Shown here: positions 20,124 through 29,727 of the stretch, in pieces | Layout: every line of letters begins with the position of its first letter | Position numbering within the stretch: the stretch's first letter is position 1 | The notes under the pieces: generated by a model | Databases searched by the model: none | Told to the model about the DNA's origin: nothing | Seen by the model: the letters and a program-made list of their open reading frames with translations, nothing else | Source of the DNA: Candidatus Krumholzibacteriia bacterium | Lineage (GTDB): Bacteria > Krumholzibacteriota > Krumholzibacteriia > Krumholzibacteriales > Krumholzibacteriaceae | Assembly: GCA_963836185.1 (NCBI GenBank) | Contig: CAWIIQ010000001.1 | Span: 576,001 to 640,000 of the forward strand | Length of the DNA stretch: 64,000 bases | Direction of reading: 5' to 3' | Position numbers and translations under genes: made by a program

Positions 20124-21719
20124 TCAGTCACCCGGAGGAAGCGATCCCCCTGAATCCTTGAGACAACGCTCGGCATCTGGATGGCCCGGATCCACTTTCA
20201 GTGCATCTTTCCAGATAATTCTCGCTCTTTCCATATCTCCAGCATTGGCGTAGACCTTTCCGAGCCTGACCATCCGTGTGGCCTTTCCGAAGTTCGTGTC
20301 CTTCGCTATTGTCAGCCCGGTCGCGTAGAAGATAAGGACCGTCGCTATAATCACGATCATGAGGTCGAAGAGTTTCCTGTCCCTGACCATCTTGAGTATC
20401 TTCATCAGCGCCGCTCCGGCGAACGGGATGAGGAAGATGACCACCGGCAGGCGATAGCGGGCGAGGACGTAGAAGATCACCGCCGCGGCGAGGTATGTAA
20501 GCACGCCGCCGTAGAGCAGGATCAGCCTGTCCCACGATTTCCTCGTAAGGAATATCCCAAGCAGGGCGAATGAGAGGATGAACCAGTAACCGGGAAGAGG
20601 CAGCGATATCAAGCCTCCGAACTGACGGTGGAATGGCATGCTCTCAATACTGGCGCGCTCGTACCTGTTGAAGAAGTAGAGGAATTTCCTGAAGTTCAGC
20701 GCGGCCGATCTGCCCGGTTCGGATGAGATATACTTCAGTCCCTCATTCGTCCAGAACCTGGAAATCTCTTCCGGGGAGAGCTCGCGCTTTTCTGCCGATT
20801 CGGCGAGCAGGCGCATCCTCTCCTGCTGTACCTCTGGCGTTCCGCCGAGTGGCATGTCGCGGTAAAACGGCACGGAGTAGAAGCCGTTCGCCCTCGGATT
20901 GTTTCCTATGTAGAAGTTGATCCCTCCGCCGGTCGTAAGAGGCACGAATTTACCCGTCATCCTCGCGTTACGGATCGTGAGCGGCGCGACGGCGAAGATA
21001 ACGCCGATAATAAGGGCCGCTGAGTATCTCAGGAATCTTCTGCCTGTGACGGGGCCGTTTTCTTCGGTCACTTCATGCTTCTCGTGGCTGCTGTAATTCT
21101 TGATCAGCCTGATCTGCAGTATCGCGAATGGGATCAGCAGGACCGCAACGGGTTTGGCCATTATCGAGAGGCCCAGTACGAAGCCCGCGACCATCAGCCT
21201 TGCCGGGCCGGCCGGCCTGGAATCGGGTGTCAGCAGAAGAAGGAAAAAGGCGTTCAGAAAGAGGATCAGGGTCGCCGGCAGTACAACACCCTCGTAGAAG
21301 ATCGACGGAAGGTAGAATGCCGCGAGAAGGCCGGCGATTATACCGGCGGTAGACGACCTGAACAGCCTCCTCGTGTATACCGTGATGAATGCGCATGCGA
21401 GGACGCCGAGAAGCGCCTGCACGCTCCGAACCGCGGTGAGGTCCGGCCCGAAGACCCGGTATACAAACGACAGGAACCAGGGGTACAGCGGCGCCTGCAT
21501 CAGCCTGGTCGGCGGGAACTCGCCTCCCCATACGAGTGCCTTCGCCCACTTGTCGTAGACCAGGGAGTCCAGGACGAGGTTGTGAGCCAGCGGATTGAGG
21601 CGTGCGGTGAAGATCACGTGAAGCAACCTGGTAACAGCTGCGACCAGTACGACCACCGCTGCGAGAAACTCCTCGCTGATATATCTTGCGCTGACGATAT
21701 CTTTCTTCATCCGTTTCAT
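20124..21719 (-). CDS. GT39/ArnT-like membrane glycosyltransferase with C-terminal TPR
   Basis: DSLVYD, PLYPWFL, TIRN...GGINFYIGNNP, RYRLP; TPR-like LGKVYANAGDMERA. Confidence 0.75.
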   Translation of the reverse strand: MKRMKKDIVSARYISEEFLAAVVVLVAAVTRLLHVIFTARLNPLAHNLVLDSLVYDKWAKALVWGGEFPPTRLMQAPLYPWFLSFVYRVFGPDLTAVRSVQALLGVLACAFITVYTRRLFRSSTAGIIAGLLAAFYLPSIFYEGVVLPATLILFLNAFFLLLLTPDSRPAGPARLMVAGFVLGLSIMAKPVAVLLIPFAILQIRLIKNYSSHEKHEVTEENGPVTGRRFLRYSAALIIGVIFAVAPLTIRNARMTGKFVPLTTGGGINFYIGNNPRANGFYSVPFYRDMPLGGTPEVQQERMRLLAESAEKRELSPEEISRFWTNEGLKYISSEPGRSAALNFRKFLYFFNRYERASIESMPFHRQFGGLISLPLPGYWFILSFALLGIFLTRKSWDRLILLYGGVLTYLAAAVIFYVLARYRLPVVIFLIPFAGAALMKILKMVRDRKLFDLMIVIIATVLIFYATGLTIAKDTNFGKATRMVRLGKVYANAGDMERARIIWKDALKVDPGHPDAERCLKDSGGSLPPGD

Positions 21720-21752
21720 CAGCGATTATGATAATGCAACGGCGCACGGCGG

Positions 21753-23153
21753 TCAACGGTTCACGGTAATCTCGAAGAGCTCGCTCTCGACCATCTCCCA
21801 GACCTTCAGGCCCGCCTGCTCGACGCCATCGTCGTCGACTGATCTCTTGACCATCGCGGGGATTTCCGGAAGGAGCCTGATTGTCACGGTGGTGCCTTCT
21901 GCCGTCCTGAATACAGCGAACGGGGGCCCGTCGAACGTTTTGACGGAGATGTTTCTCTTTCCAAGGGTGCATCCGCTGCCCAGCTGAACGCCATCGATGA
22001 GGCAGGATCGCGGCGGCTCGAGTACGCTGTGGACTTCGGCGCTTATGCCGAAGTGACCCGATGAGCCCGTTTCATCAAGGGCGAGCCTGCCCATCCTGTA
22101 GCCGAGGACGACAAACGGCCCGAGATGCCCGTGGAAGTTTCTGATAAGGGCAAGGGCGTCTCCCGCTGCCGGCATGTTGTGCGCGTGCCCTTCGTGGTCC
22201 ATGCCCGGCGCTTCCCAAGTACCGTGGAGGTATCCTTCAAGGCAGGCGCCATTTTTAAGCCTGACGACCCTGATCCTGCCGCCATCCGATCCTTTAAGGG
22301 AAAATCGGCCTCCGGAGCGTGCGGCAGGCTCGAAAGTCTTCCCGTCTGTCTCGAAGAGGCCGGGGGCCGCGAGAGCAGCCGCGGCGATCTCGTCAAACAG
22401 GAAAAGGTGCGCTCCGGTATCCCCGCCTGTGGTCGCGGTGATCCATCTTGCCGCCTGCGTGTTTCCTTCGACATCGCGCAGCAGTTTGCCCGGGTCGCCG
22501 TCCCATGACACATCGACGAGGAAGATCGTGCCTGCCTTCTCCATGACCAGGCTGGCCGCTTCGGGATCGTAGCCGAGGTTCCAGCCGTCGACCGTCTCCC
22601 CATCGAGCGAAACGGGCATCCAGATCTCCATGTCCTTAAGGGTGCCGGGATCACGCCGCTCGAGCTCGGCCAGGTTGGTCAGCGGCCCCAGGGCCAGCCA
22701 TACACCCCCCCGCAGCAGGTCCGGGCCGGAAGAGGCGCCGGCGAGCGAACTGGCAGAGAGAGTCCGCGGGGGAGGGAAGGGATGGCCGCCGAGTCCCTCG
22801 GCGTGTGATCTCCACTGCGGAGGCTCTTTCGTCTTTCCGGGGAATCCTCTGTAGACGGTCACCGGGGCCGATCCCGCGGACTCGATCAGGCCGATCAGGT
22901 TGTCTGACGCCTTTACCGCCGAGGCGGAGCCTTCGACCGTGCAAAAGGCGGCAATCTCGATTCCACGCGAGCCGAGAAGCGCGAATATCGCCCTGGCGTC
23001 ATCGAGCCCCATGTCGGTATCGACGATTATTACGCGGCTTTCTCCCTCCGGGGAGACAACGGCAGCTGCGCAGCGGCGGGCCGGCAGGAGTTGAGAGGAC
23101 AGGGCCATTATAACGAACACTGCGACTGCTGCGACAGATCTCACTCTATTCAT
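21753..23153 (-). CDS. Exported nucleoside hydrolase-like domain fused to FmdE domain
   Basis: Signal peptide; DTDMGLDD, LGPLTNLA, DPEAA; linker DHEGHAHN; FmdE motif FHGHLGP...G.RMG...CLIDGVQ..SGCTLGK. Confidence 0.8.
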   Translation of the reverse strand: MNRVRSVAAVAVFVIMALSSQLLPARRCAAAVVSPEGESRVIIVDTDMGLDDARAIFALLGSRGIEIAAFCTVEGSASAVKASDNLIGLIESAGSAPVTVYRGFPGKTKEPPQWRSHAEGLGGHPFPPPRTLSASSLAGASSGPDLLRGGVWLALGPLTNLAELERRDPGTLKDMEIWMPVSLDGETVDGWNLGYDPEAASLVMEKAGTIFLVDVSWDGDPGKLLRDVEGNTQAARWITATTGGDTGAHLFLFDEIAAAALAAPGLFETDGKTFEPAARSGGRFSLKGSDGGRIRVVRLKNGACLEGYLHGTWEAPGMDHEGHAHNMPAAGDALALIRNFHGHLGPFVVLGYRMGRLALDETGSSGHFGISAEVHSVLEPPRSCLIDGVQLGSGCTLGKRNISVKTFDGPPFAVFRTAEGTTVTIRLLPEIPAMVKRSVDDDGVEQAGLKVWEMVESELFEITVNR

Positions 23154-23231
23154 TTTAACCTCCGTGTATCCTCTCGCGTCGATTGCCGGATCGGGATTTC
23201 TCGGTTCGTCCTTCCTGAACCCTTGTGATAA

Positions 23232-23301
23232 ATAGCACAAATAAGCAAAACGTGCCACTATTTACTTGACTAAAGTAGCACGAATACGGTTATGTTGGCA
23301 C
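23232..23301. promoter_or_regulatory. Two candidate NikR-type operators in divergent promoter
   Basis: ATAGCAC-N13-GTGCCAC (23232-23258) and GTAGCAC-N13-TTGGCAC (23275-23301) flanking TTGACT (23266). Confidence 0.55.
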
Positions 23302-23341
23302 GATTTGATCTCGACTGTATTTAACGCGCTGGTGGTGGAAG

Positions 23342-25189
23342 ATGCTTCGGAAGATATTTTATGTTTTCGCTCTATTCTCTGTCTTCACTTCAGGCGCCGG
23401 CCTTTGCGGCGATGCGAAAGGTGAAAAACCGGACACTCTCGTCCAGTACAGGATGGAGGAGATCATCGTCACTGCGACCAGGATCGAATCTCCACTCGAG
23501 AGCCTGGCACTCTCGGTCTCCTTTATCGGACCGGAGGAGATCGATGTCTCGCTCAAGAACTCTTCGACTGATCTGGCGGGGATACTCCCCGGAGTCTTTA
23601 TCATGCGGACGGGGAATTTCGGGAGAAGCGATGTGAGTATCCGCGGACTCGGCTCGAGCGGGAGACAGTCGCTCGTCCTGATGGAGGGCCGGCCGGAAAG
23701 GATGGCCCTTTTCGACTGCACGGTGACTCAATCTTTTCCTCTGCATGACGTCGAAAGGGTGGAAGTGGTCAAGGGAGCTTCCTCCACCATGTACGGATCG
23801 GGCGCGATGGGAGGGGTGATGAACGTCATCCCCCGCGGCGTGAGAAATCCCCTAGAGATCGATCTGCGGGCGGCGGGAGGGACCTGGGATACATACCTTT
23901 CAAGCGGCCGCATTGCGGGCAGAAAGGGAAGGCTGGCCGGCTCGGTCAGCGCCGACTACAGGGAGTCGGCTGGCCACGTGGAAAATTCCGCCTACAGGGG
24001 CACCGATATCACCGCCAGGGGAGAGACGCTGATCCCCGGGGCTCTGGTGCTGTCCGTATGGGCGAAGTACTTCGACGGGTACAAGGAGGAGCCGCTCAGG
24101 GCCACTGACGACCCTTCGTTGATCTCCGATACGTGGAACGACTACAAGCGAGGCAGCCTCGACCTGGGCCTGAAAGGCGAAGGCGATCAGTATCATTACA
24201 GCGCGAGGTATTACCGAAACTTCGGGGAGCACAGGTTCTCCGATGGATGGCACTCGAAAGATGCCACAGACGGGATCATCGTGTACGGGAGATCAGAGCC
24301 CGCAATCGGGCTGGAGATCTCGGGCGGCGGAGATTACAGATTCCAGCGGGGCAGGCTGCCTGAGGAGCCGGATGCTGAATGGGACAAATGGGAGGCCGGG
24401 GCCTACCTTCAGGCGGAGTATCTCTGCAGGGAGCGGATCACCCTGACGGCAGGAGCCAGATATAATTATGACGGCGTTGCCGGAGAGGAAGTTAGCCCGT
24501 CTTTCGGCCTGGTCCTGCGGCCGTTCGAGGGGACGAGCCTGAGAGCAGTCGCCGCTCACGGTTTCAGGTCGCCGCAGATCAACGAACTGTACATGTTTCC
24601 TTCGTCGAACGAGGGCCTTGAAGCGGAAAAGGTGTGGAACTACGAGGCGGGGTTGCGCCAGCGGCTTCCCGGAAGTCTCGAGATAGATCTCTCAGTCTAC
24701 AGGATGGACGGAGAGAACATGATCGAGTTTGCCGACAATCCCTCTCCGCCTCCGATGATGAGATATGCCAACACTGGGGATTTCATTTTCGACGGGATGG
24801 AAGTGTCTATGGACGGGAACTGGAAAGGCGGCTTCGGCTCGAATGTCTCATGGTCGAAACTTGATCCGGGGCGCTGGACGCAGGGAAGGCCGGGTACGAA
24901 GGTCGATTTCGGCATCTATCAATATGCGAAACGCTACACGGTTCGGCTGTCCGGAAGATACATCGGTGATTATTACGCCGGGAACGATTCGACCGATCCG
25001 ATACCTTCCTATACGGTCGTCGATATCTACGGGGAAGCGGGAGTAGCTGGAGGCGTGTCTGTATTTGCCGGACTCAGCAACATCGGCGACACGGAGTATT
25101 TCATCTATACCGATCTGCCGGGGGGACAGGCCGGCCTGTACCTTATGCCGGGCAGGACATTCACCGCCGGACTGAAATACGGATACTGA
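23342..25189 (+). CDS. TonB-dependent receptor (BtuB/CirA-like)
   Basis: TonB box EEIIVTATR; SIRG, ERVEVVKGASSTMYGSGAMGGVMN; C-terminal PGRTFTAGLKYGY. Confidence 0.92.
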   Translation: MLRKIFYVFALFSVFTSGAGLCGDAKGEKPDTLVQYRMEEIIVTATRIESPLESLALSVSFIGPEEIDVSLKNSSTDLAGILPGVFIMRTGNFGRSDVSIRGLGSSGRQSLVLMEGRPERMALFDCTVTQSFPLHDVERVEVVKGASSTMYGSGAMGGVMNVIPRGVRNPLEIDLRAAGGTWDTYLSSGRIAGRKGRLAGSVSADYRESAGHVENSAYRGTDITARGETLIPGALVLSVWAKYFDGYKEEPLRATDDPSLISDTWNDYKRGSLDLGLKGEGDQYHYSARYYRNFGEHRFSDGWHSKDATDGIIVYGRSEPAIGLEISGGGDYRFQRGRLPEEPDAEWDKWEAGAYLQAEYLCRERITLTAGARYNYDGVAGEEVSPSFGLVLRPFEGTSLRAVAAHGFRSPQINELYMFPSSNEGLEAEKVWNYEAGLRQRLPGSLEIDLSVYRMDGENMIEFADNPSPPPMMRYANTGDFIFDGMEVSMDGNWKGGFGSNVSWSKLDPGRWTQGRPGTKVDFGIYQYAKRYTVRLSGRYIGDYYAGNDSTDPIPSYTVVDIYGEAGVAGGVSVFAGLSNIGDTEYFIYTDLPGGQAGLYLMPGRTFTAGLKYGY

Positions 25190-25200
25190 CCTGGCCCGGG

Positions 25201-25581
25201 TCAATCAGATCCGCCGTCCAGATCATCCGCGATGATCTCCTCTATCTTCCGTTCGTCTTCGTGTGTCCTGATCAGGTCGAGGACATGCTCGAACTCGCCG
25301 CGCACGTCATCGCCGAACCCGTCGACCATGGCGAGTGTGCGTTTTCCGCTGTTGAGCCGGACCGTCCGCATCTTCTCGAGGATCGATTCGTAAGACTTGT
25401 CTGACGTGTACCCTGACAGAGTGTATCTCGAAACGAACTCTCCGCATTTCGCGCACTCGATATAGATCCTGACCTTCTTTCCCCTGCGTAAGTAGACATT
25501 GTTTTTCGTTTCGACGGCTCCGCATTTCGGGCAGTGCTCAAGCCGCGCGCTTTCCGTGCTTTTTTTCTCGTTTATATGCAT
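25201..25581 (-). CDS. Small Zn-ribbon protein (126 aa)
   Basis: ATG 25581 just after the DASS stop; CPKC...CAKC. Confidence 0.6.
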   Translation of the reverse strand: MHINEKKSTESARLEHCPKCGAVETKNNVYLRRGKKVRIYIECAKCGEFVSRYTLSGYTSDKSYESILEKMRTVRLNSGKRTLAMVDGFGDDVRGEFEHVLDLIRTHEDERKIEEIIADDLDGGSD

Positions 25582-25592
25582 ATCATGCTTCC

Positions 25593-26963
25593 TTAAAAGA
25601 GAAAGTATATCACAAGTGTCACGAATATCAGTGAGATCGCAGTGACGAGAGTTCCGGCCCTTGCCATGTCGCGGACGGCTATATGCCCCGAGCCATAGGC
25701 GATTGCGTTGGGCGGCGTGCTGACGGGAAGGATCATAGCTGCCGACGAGACAATCGCGACTACCAGCGCGCTCGACATCGGGGAGACCGCGGAGATTCCG
25801 ACCACTATCGGAAGGAGCAGGTTCGCCGTGGCGCTGTTTGAGATAAATGTCGTCATGATCGCCGCAACCGCCGCGAGAAGGAACAATATTCCTAGCGTCC
25901 CCATCGCCGCGAAGTCTATCTGAGCGACCATCCATTCGCTGAGCCCGCTCTCTCTCATCGCCACACCGAGGCTCATTCCGCCGCCTACGATAAAGAGGAT
26001 TCCCCAGCCGAGTTCCCTGAGGTCGTCATCGTCGAGAAGCCTGAGCCCGAAGAAGATGACAAAGGGTATGAGCGCGATTATCGATGAGGGTATTCCATGC
26101 AGTGACGAGGTGAGCCAGAGGATCACGACGAGTACGAATACGGCGATGATAAATTTGGAGCGCCTGTCGAGTGATTCGACCTCTTCAGCTACTTCAAGCT
26201 CCACGTGCTCTATTTTCGGCCTGAACAGGTAGTAGAGGATCAGCCAGCAGACCAGTATCAGGACGATGACGATCGGCACCCCGATGGTCATCCAGCCTAG
26301 AAAGGACATCTCGTATCCCGTCTGCTCGAGGAACCCGATCGCGATGGCGTTCGGGGGGGAGCCGATCGGGGTCCCGATGCCACCGATGTTCGAGGAGAAG
26401 GGGATCCCGAGGATCATCGCTTTTTTGAACGGTTCATTTCCCGGGAAGGTGTTCACGACCGGGATGGCTACCGCCATCATGAGGGCCGTCGTCGCCGTGT
26501 TGGAGATCCACATCGACAGGAAGGCGCACATCACCATCATGCCGAGCAGAACGGCCGCCGGTTTGTTGCCTATCCTGTGCAGCAGTTTCCTCAAAAGCCA
26601 CGTATCGATCCCGTACCGTTTGACCGCCTGTGCCATCACGAATCCACCGAGCAGCAGCACGACGACCGAGCTGAAGAAGGGGTGTAGAAAGATCATGTAG
26701 CCGGAGCCGGTCAACTCCAGCGGGCCTCCGCTCCGTCCGAGGAGGATGACTTCGAGTATTACGATGATGAACGAGGTCACGTAGAGAGAAAAGGGTTCGA
26801 GGACCCAGAGTATCGCCGCCATGGTGAAGATCCCGAAGGTCAGTCTGCCCGCTTCGGACAGTCCGTCGAACGGGATGCGGCTCACCGCCGCCCCGGCCAG
26901 CAGGGCGATTGCCAGTATGAAGAGGGCCTTGCGGTTCTTTTGCGTAAGAATCAGAAGTTTCAT
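25593..26963 (-). CDS. DASS/SLC13 family anion symporter
   Basis: SMWISNTAT, GGIGTPIGSPPN, ISNSAT, LPVSTPPNAI. Confidence 0.9.
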   Translation of the reverse strand: MKLLILTQKNRKALFILAIALLAGAAVSRIPFDGLSEAGRLTFGIFTMAAILWVLEPFSLYVTSFIIVILEVILLGRSGGPLELTGSGYMIFLHPFFSSVVVLLLGGFVMAQAVKRYGIDTWLLRKLLHRIGNKPAAVLLGMMVMCAFLSMWISNTATTALMMAVAIPVVNTFPGNEPFKKAMILGIPFSSNIGGIGTPIGSPPNAIAIGFLEQTGYEMSFLGWMTIGVPIVIVLILVCWLILYYLFRPKIEHVELEVAEEVESLDRRSKFIIAVFVLVVILWLTSSLHGIPSSIIALIPFVIFFGLRLLDDDDLRELGWGILFIVGGGMSLGVAMRESGLSEWMVAQIDFAAMGTLGILFLLAAVAAIMTTFISNSATANLLLPIVVGISAVSPMSSALVVAIVSSAAMILPVSTPPNAIAYGSGHIAVRDMARAGTLVTAISLIFVTLVIYFLF

Positions 26964-27127
26964 CCTGATCTTCCTTCCGGCACCGAAGCGTCAAACAGGG
27001 AGAAGATAATAGGGGGGGCGGTTAATGTGAAGTGAAATCGGCCGCGGCTCGAATCGCCTTGACACCGCGCCTTTCAGGCCGATAGCATCACGCGTACGGA
27101 AATGGTTTTAATCCACGGAGGCCCGAT

Positions 27128-28039
27128 ATGTCCGAAATCAAAAAAGTACTTTTCACATCAGATTTTTCAGATCTATCCAATCACGCGCTGCCTTACGCGA
27201 TCAAGATGGCGAAGATCTACAATGCCGAGTTGATCATGCTCCACGCGGTGACGATCTACGACAACGATCCGAACGATCCCGACTATCACTTCCCGTACCT
27301 GCAGACATACTGCGAGCAGGCCACAAAAAGCGCCGATGACCGGTTCCAGGTATGCTACGAGCGCGCCGGCGACTCCGGGGTCAAGGTTCGCAAGGCTCTT
27401 GTGCAGGGTATCTCCCCGCACGCCGCTATCCTCGAGTTCATCAAGCAGGAGGGGGACATCGGCCTGATCTGCATGTCTACACACGGCCGCAGCGGGCTGA
27501 AGCATGTGCTTCTCGGCAGCGTCACCGAGAATGTAATCAGGTATTCGCCGTGCCCTGTCCTCGTTGTGAAGCAGACCGAGCACGAGTTCGTCGATCCAGA
27601 GACTCACGAGGCCCATATCAGGAAGATACTTTTCCCTTATGACTTTTCCGACGAGTCGCTCGAGCCGGTCGAGATGCTCCGCTCCATCGGCGGAGTTGGA
27701 GGCGCCGAGATCATCGTCCTGCATGCCGTCGACGTCGAGATACCTCCAGTATATTATACGGCGGGAGTCACGTCGATACTTCAGCTCGACCCGGAGCTCG
27801 ATGACAGGGTGGAAGGGAAGATGAAATCGGAGCTCGGAAAGGCCCTCGAAGGCTTCGATGTGAAGTATGTCGTCAAGGAGGGCAGGGCGGTCGACCGGAT
27901 ACGCGAGGCGGCGGAGGAAGAGAAGGTCGATCTGATAGTGATGGGTTCGGCGGGGTCACACGGAGTCGGAGACTTCCTCTTCGGGTCCACCTCGGCCCGG
28001 GTCATCCAGAAAGCGGTCTGTCCCGTTCTCATCATCTGA
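27128..28039 (+). CDS. Universal stress protein (tandem USP domains)
   Basis: Two domains with DFS..S and GSVTENVIRYSPCPVL / GSTSARVIQKAVCPVL. Confidence 0.9.
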   Translation: MSEIKKVLFTSDFSDLSNHALPYAIKMAKIYNAELIMLHAVTIYDNDPNDPDYHFPYLQTYCEQATKSADDRFQVCYERAGDSGVKVRKALVQGISPHAAILEFIKQEGDIGLICMSTHGRSGLKHVLLGSVTENVIRYSPCPVLVVKQTEHEFVDPETHEAHIRKILFPYDFSDESLEPVEMLRSIGGVGGAEIIVLHAVDVEIPPVYYTAGVTSILQLDPELDDRVEGKMKSELGKALEGFDVKYVVKEGRAVDRIREAAEEEKVDLIVMGSAGSHGVGDFLFGSTSARVIQKAVCPVLII

Positions 28040-28792
28040 CCTGTCGATCATGTTCCGGTAGAGCCATTTGAACGCTATCCATGCCAGCCAGCCGAGGAGC
28101 GCCCCGAGGGCCATCCCCGCGATGATATCAGATGTCCAGTGCACACCGATGTATACCCGTGAATACGAGACGAGAAGCGCGACGAAGAGCAGGGGCCAGA
28201 GCGTCTTGCGGAAGGCGAGGCCGAGAAAGAGCATCGCTCCGGTGATATTTGTCGCGTGGCTCGACGGAAAGGAGAAGGAGGACTTGTAGCTCCGAATGAC
28301 CTCTGCCGGTGTCGTTATCCAACCCTCGGGCCCGTACCAGAAGTGAACGCTGCCGAGGACCTCGCACGGCCTCGACCTGCCGACGAGCGGCTTTATGACA
28401 GAGGCGGAGAGCTGATCGGTCGCCGCTACGAGAGGGATCAGCATAAGCGCCACCCATCTTCCCCTGGTTCCTCCGAAGAGGACAAGGAACGCCCATATAA
28501 TGATAACCACGATGCGGCTGCGCCTGAAATCGGTCACTATCGGCATCAACACATCGAGGACGGGGGTGGCGGCCTTGCCATTGAGGAGCCGGAAGATCCT
28601 GACCTCGAGGGAACTCTCGTCCGGTGCGGGAGGGGGTACGAAAGGCCTGGTATCCGCAGTATCCGGCGTCATCGCTTCGTGCACGGCTTCGTGGGAGACA
28701 GCCGTGGAATCCCTTATTGAGGCTTCCGCTCCGGATAAGGAAACAAAAGCGATCAGGAGCGCTGAGAGTATTATTGATATGCGGGTTATCAT
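27956..28792 (-). CDS. PAP2-family phosphatase (BcrC-like)
   Basis: K....RSRP, SFPSSH, SRVYIGVHW.SD; probable start 28792. Confidence 0.85.
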   Translation of the reverse strand: MITRISIILSALLIAFVSLSGAEASIRDSTAVSHEAVHEAMTPDTADTRPFVPPPAPDESSLEVRIFRLLNGKAATPVLDVLMPIVTDFRRSRIVVIIIWAFLVLFGGTRGRWVALMLIPLVAATDQLSASVIKPLVGRSRPCEVLGSVHFWYGPEGWITTPAEVIRSYKSSFSFPSSHATNITGAMLFLGLAFRKTLWPLLFVALLVSYSRVYIGVHWTSDIIAGMALGALLGWLAWIAFKWLYRNMIDRSDDENGTDRFLDDPGRGGPEEEVSDSV

Positions 28793-28905
28793 CGCTGGGA
28801 ATCTACAGTATAGGCAGATGGCTGGCAAGGATGTAAAAGAGGCTGTGTGGCTCTTGTTGATCTGGTGGTATATGGGGGAGGCAGATCCTGGATGACGCGA
28901 AAATT

Positions 28906-29727
28906 TTACGTTCCGACCATCTGCGGCTGGATGTGGAATCCGCCTACGAGGCTTTCGAGCGAGCCGGAGCTCTCGAGAAAGGGGAACTCGATCAGCACCG
29001 GTTTTCCGACCTCGAGGTGTATCCCTTCCATGAAACTCGAGCAGGTCTGGATCGACGCGGGAAGTGTGGCGAAGAAGACGAAGTCGACCAGGCGGATGGC
29101 ATCCTGAGGTCCGAGCGCGCACATGACTGGCTTGTCGGGGTCGTCGAATCTTTCCGCGTGAAAGGCCGGCTGAGTGCGGGTCATCAGTTTTCCGATCTTG
29201 AGGTAGGCCCTCGTATTGGTCGTCCAGTATGCCGGGATATAGATGTGCCAGCGACCGGCGCTCTCCATCCGGCCGAGTATATGCTCGAGCTCGGCCCGCG
29301 AGGGCAGGCGCTTTGCCAGGTTCGAAGAGTCGATCATCGCGGGCTTGTTAGAGTCTGCCGAGCTGACGCCCATCATATTCATACCGAGTTCGGTGACCCA
29401 GTCGGATTCGGCCTGATCCACCTCGATCTTCGTCGTGGCTACCTTCTGTGATACTTCTGTCAGGCCGGTCATCACCGAGGTGACGTTCTTTCTCAACGCT
29501 TCGACATCGGCGGTCAGGACCCAGAAAGGCAGGTATATAATTTTTCCCTCGCGCTCCTCGGGAGGCGAGGCCCTGTAGACGTTCAAGGGAGCGAGGCCTT
29601 CGTCGGTCAGCACGCAGCGGCGGAAGCAGGTGTCGCACTGAAAGCTGACATACCTCCCCATGACGGGGAGCTCTCCGCCGCACTGGTCGCACTGAAGCCG
29701 TTGTACTGTCAGAAGGGCGTCCTTCAT
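28906..29727 (-). CDS. Zn-ribbon YdjG-like protein C
   Basis: ATG overlapping upstream TGA after GGAGG; CDQCG..CDTC, YLPFW. Confidence 0.65.
   Translation of the reverse strand: MKDALLTVQRLQCDQCGGELPVMGRYVSFQCDTCFRRCVLTDEGLAPLNVYRASPPEEREGKIIYLPFWVLTADVEALRKNVTSVMTGLTEVSQKVATTKIEVDQAESDWVTELGMNMMGVSSADSNKPAMIDSSNLAKRLPSRAELEHILGRMESAGRWHIYIPAYWTTNTRAYLKIGKLMTRTQPAFHAERFDDPDKPVMCALGPQDAIRLVDFVFFATLPASIQTCSSFMEGIHLEVGKPVLIEFPFLESSGSLESLVGGFHIQPQMVGT

Noticed and set aside
23154-23341. Cobalamin riboswitch before the TonB receptor
   Set aside because: No B12-box or GGGAA core elements seen; the region is short and shared by two promoters.
27956-28039. 84-bp convergent overlap of USP and PAP2 3' ends
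   Set aside because: The PAP2 tail there is low-information read-through; common and possibly due to an indel.
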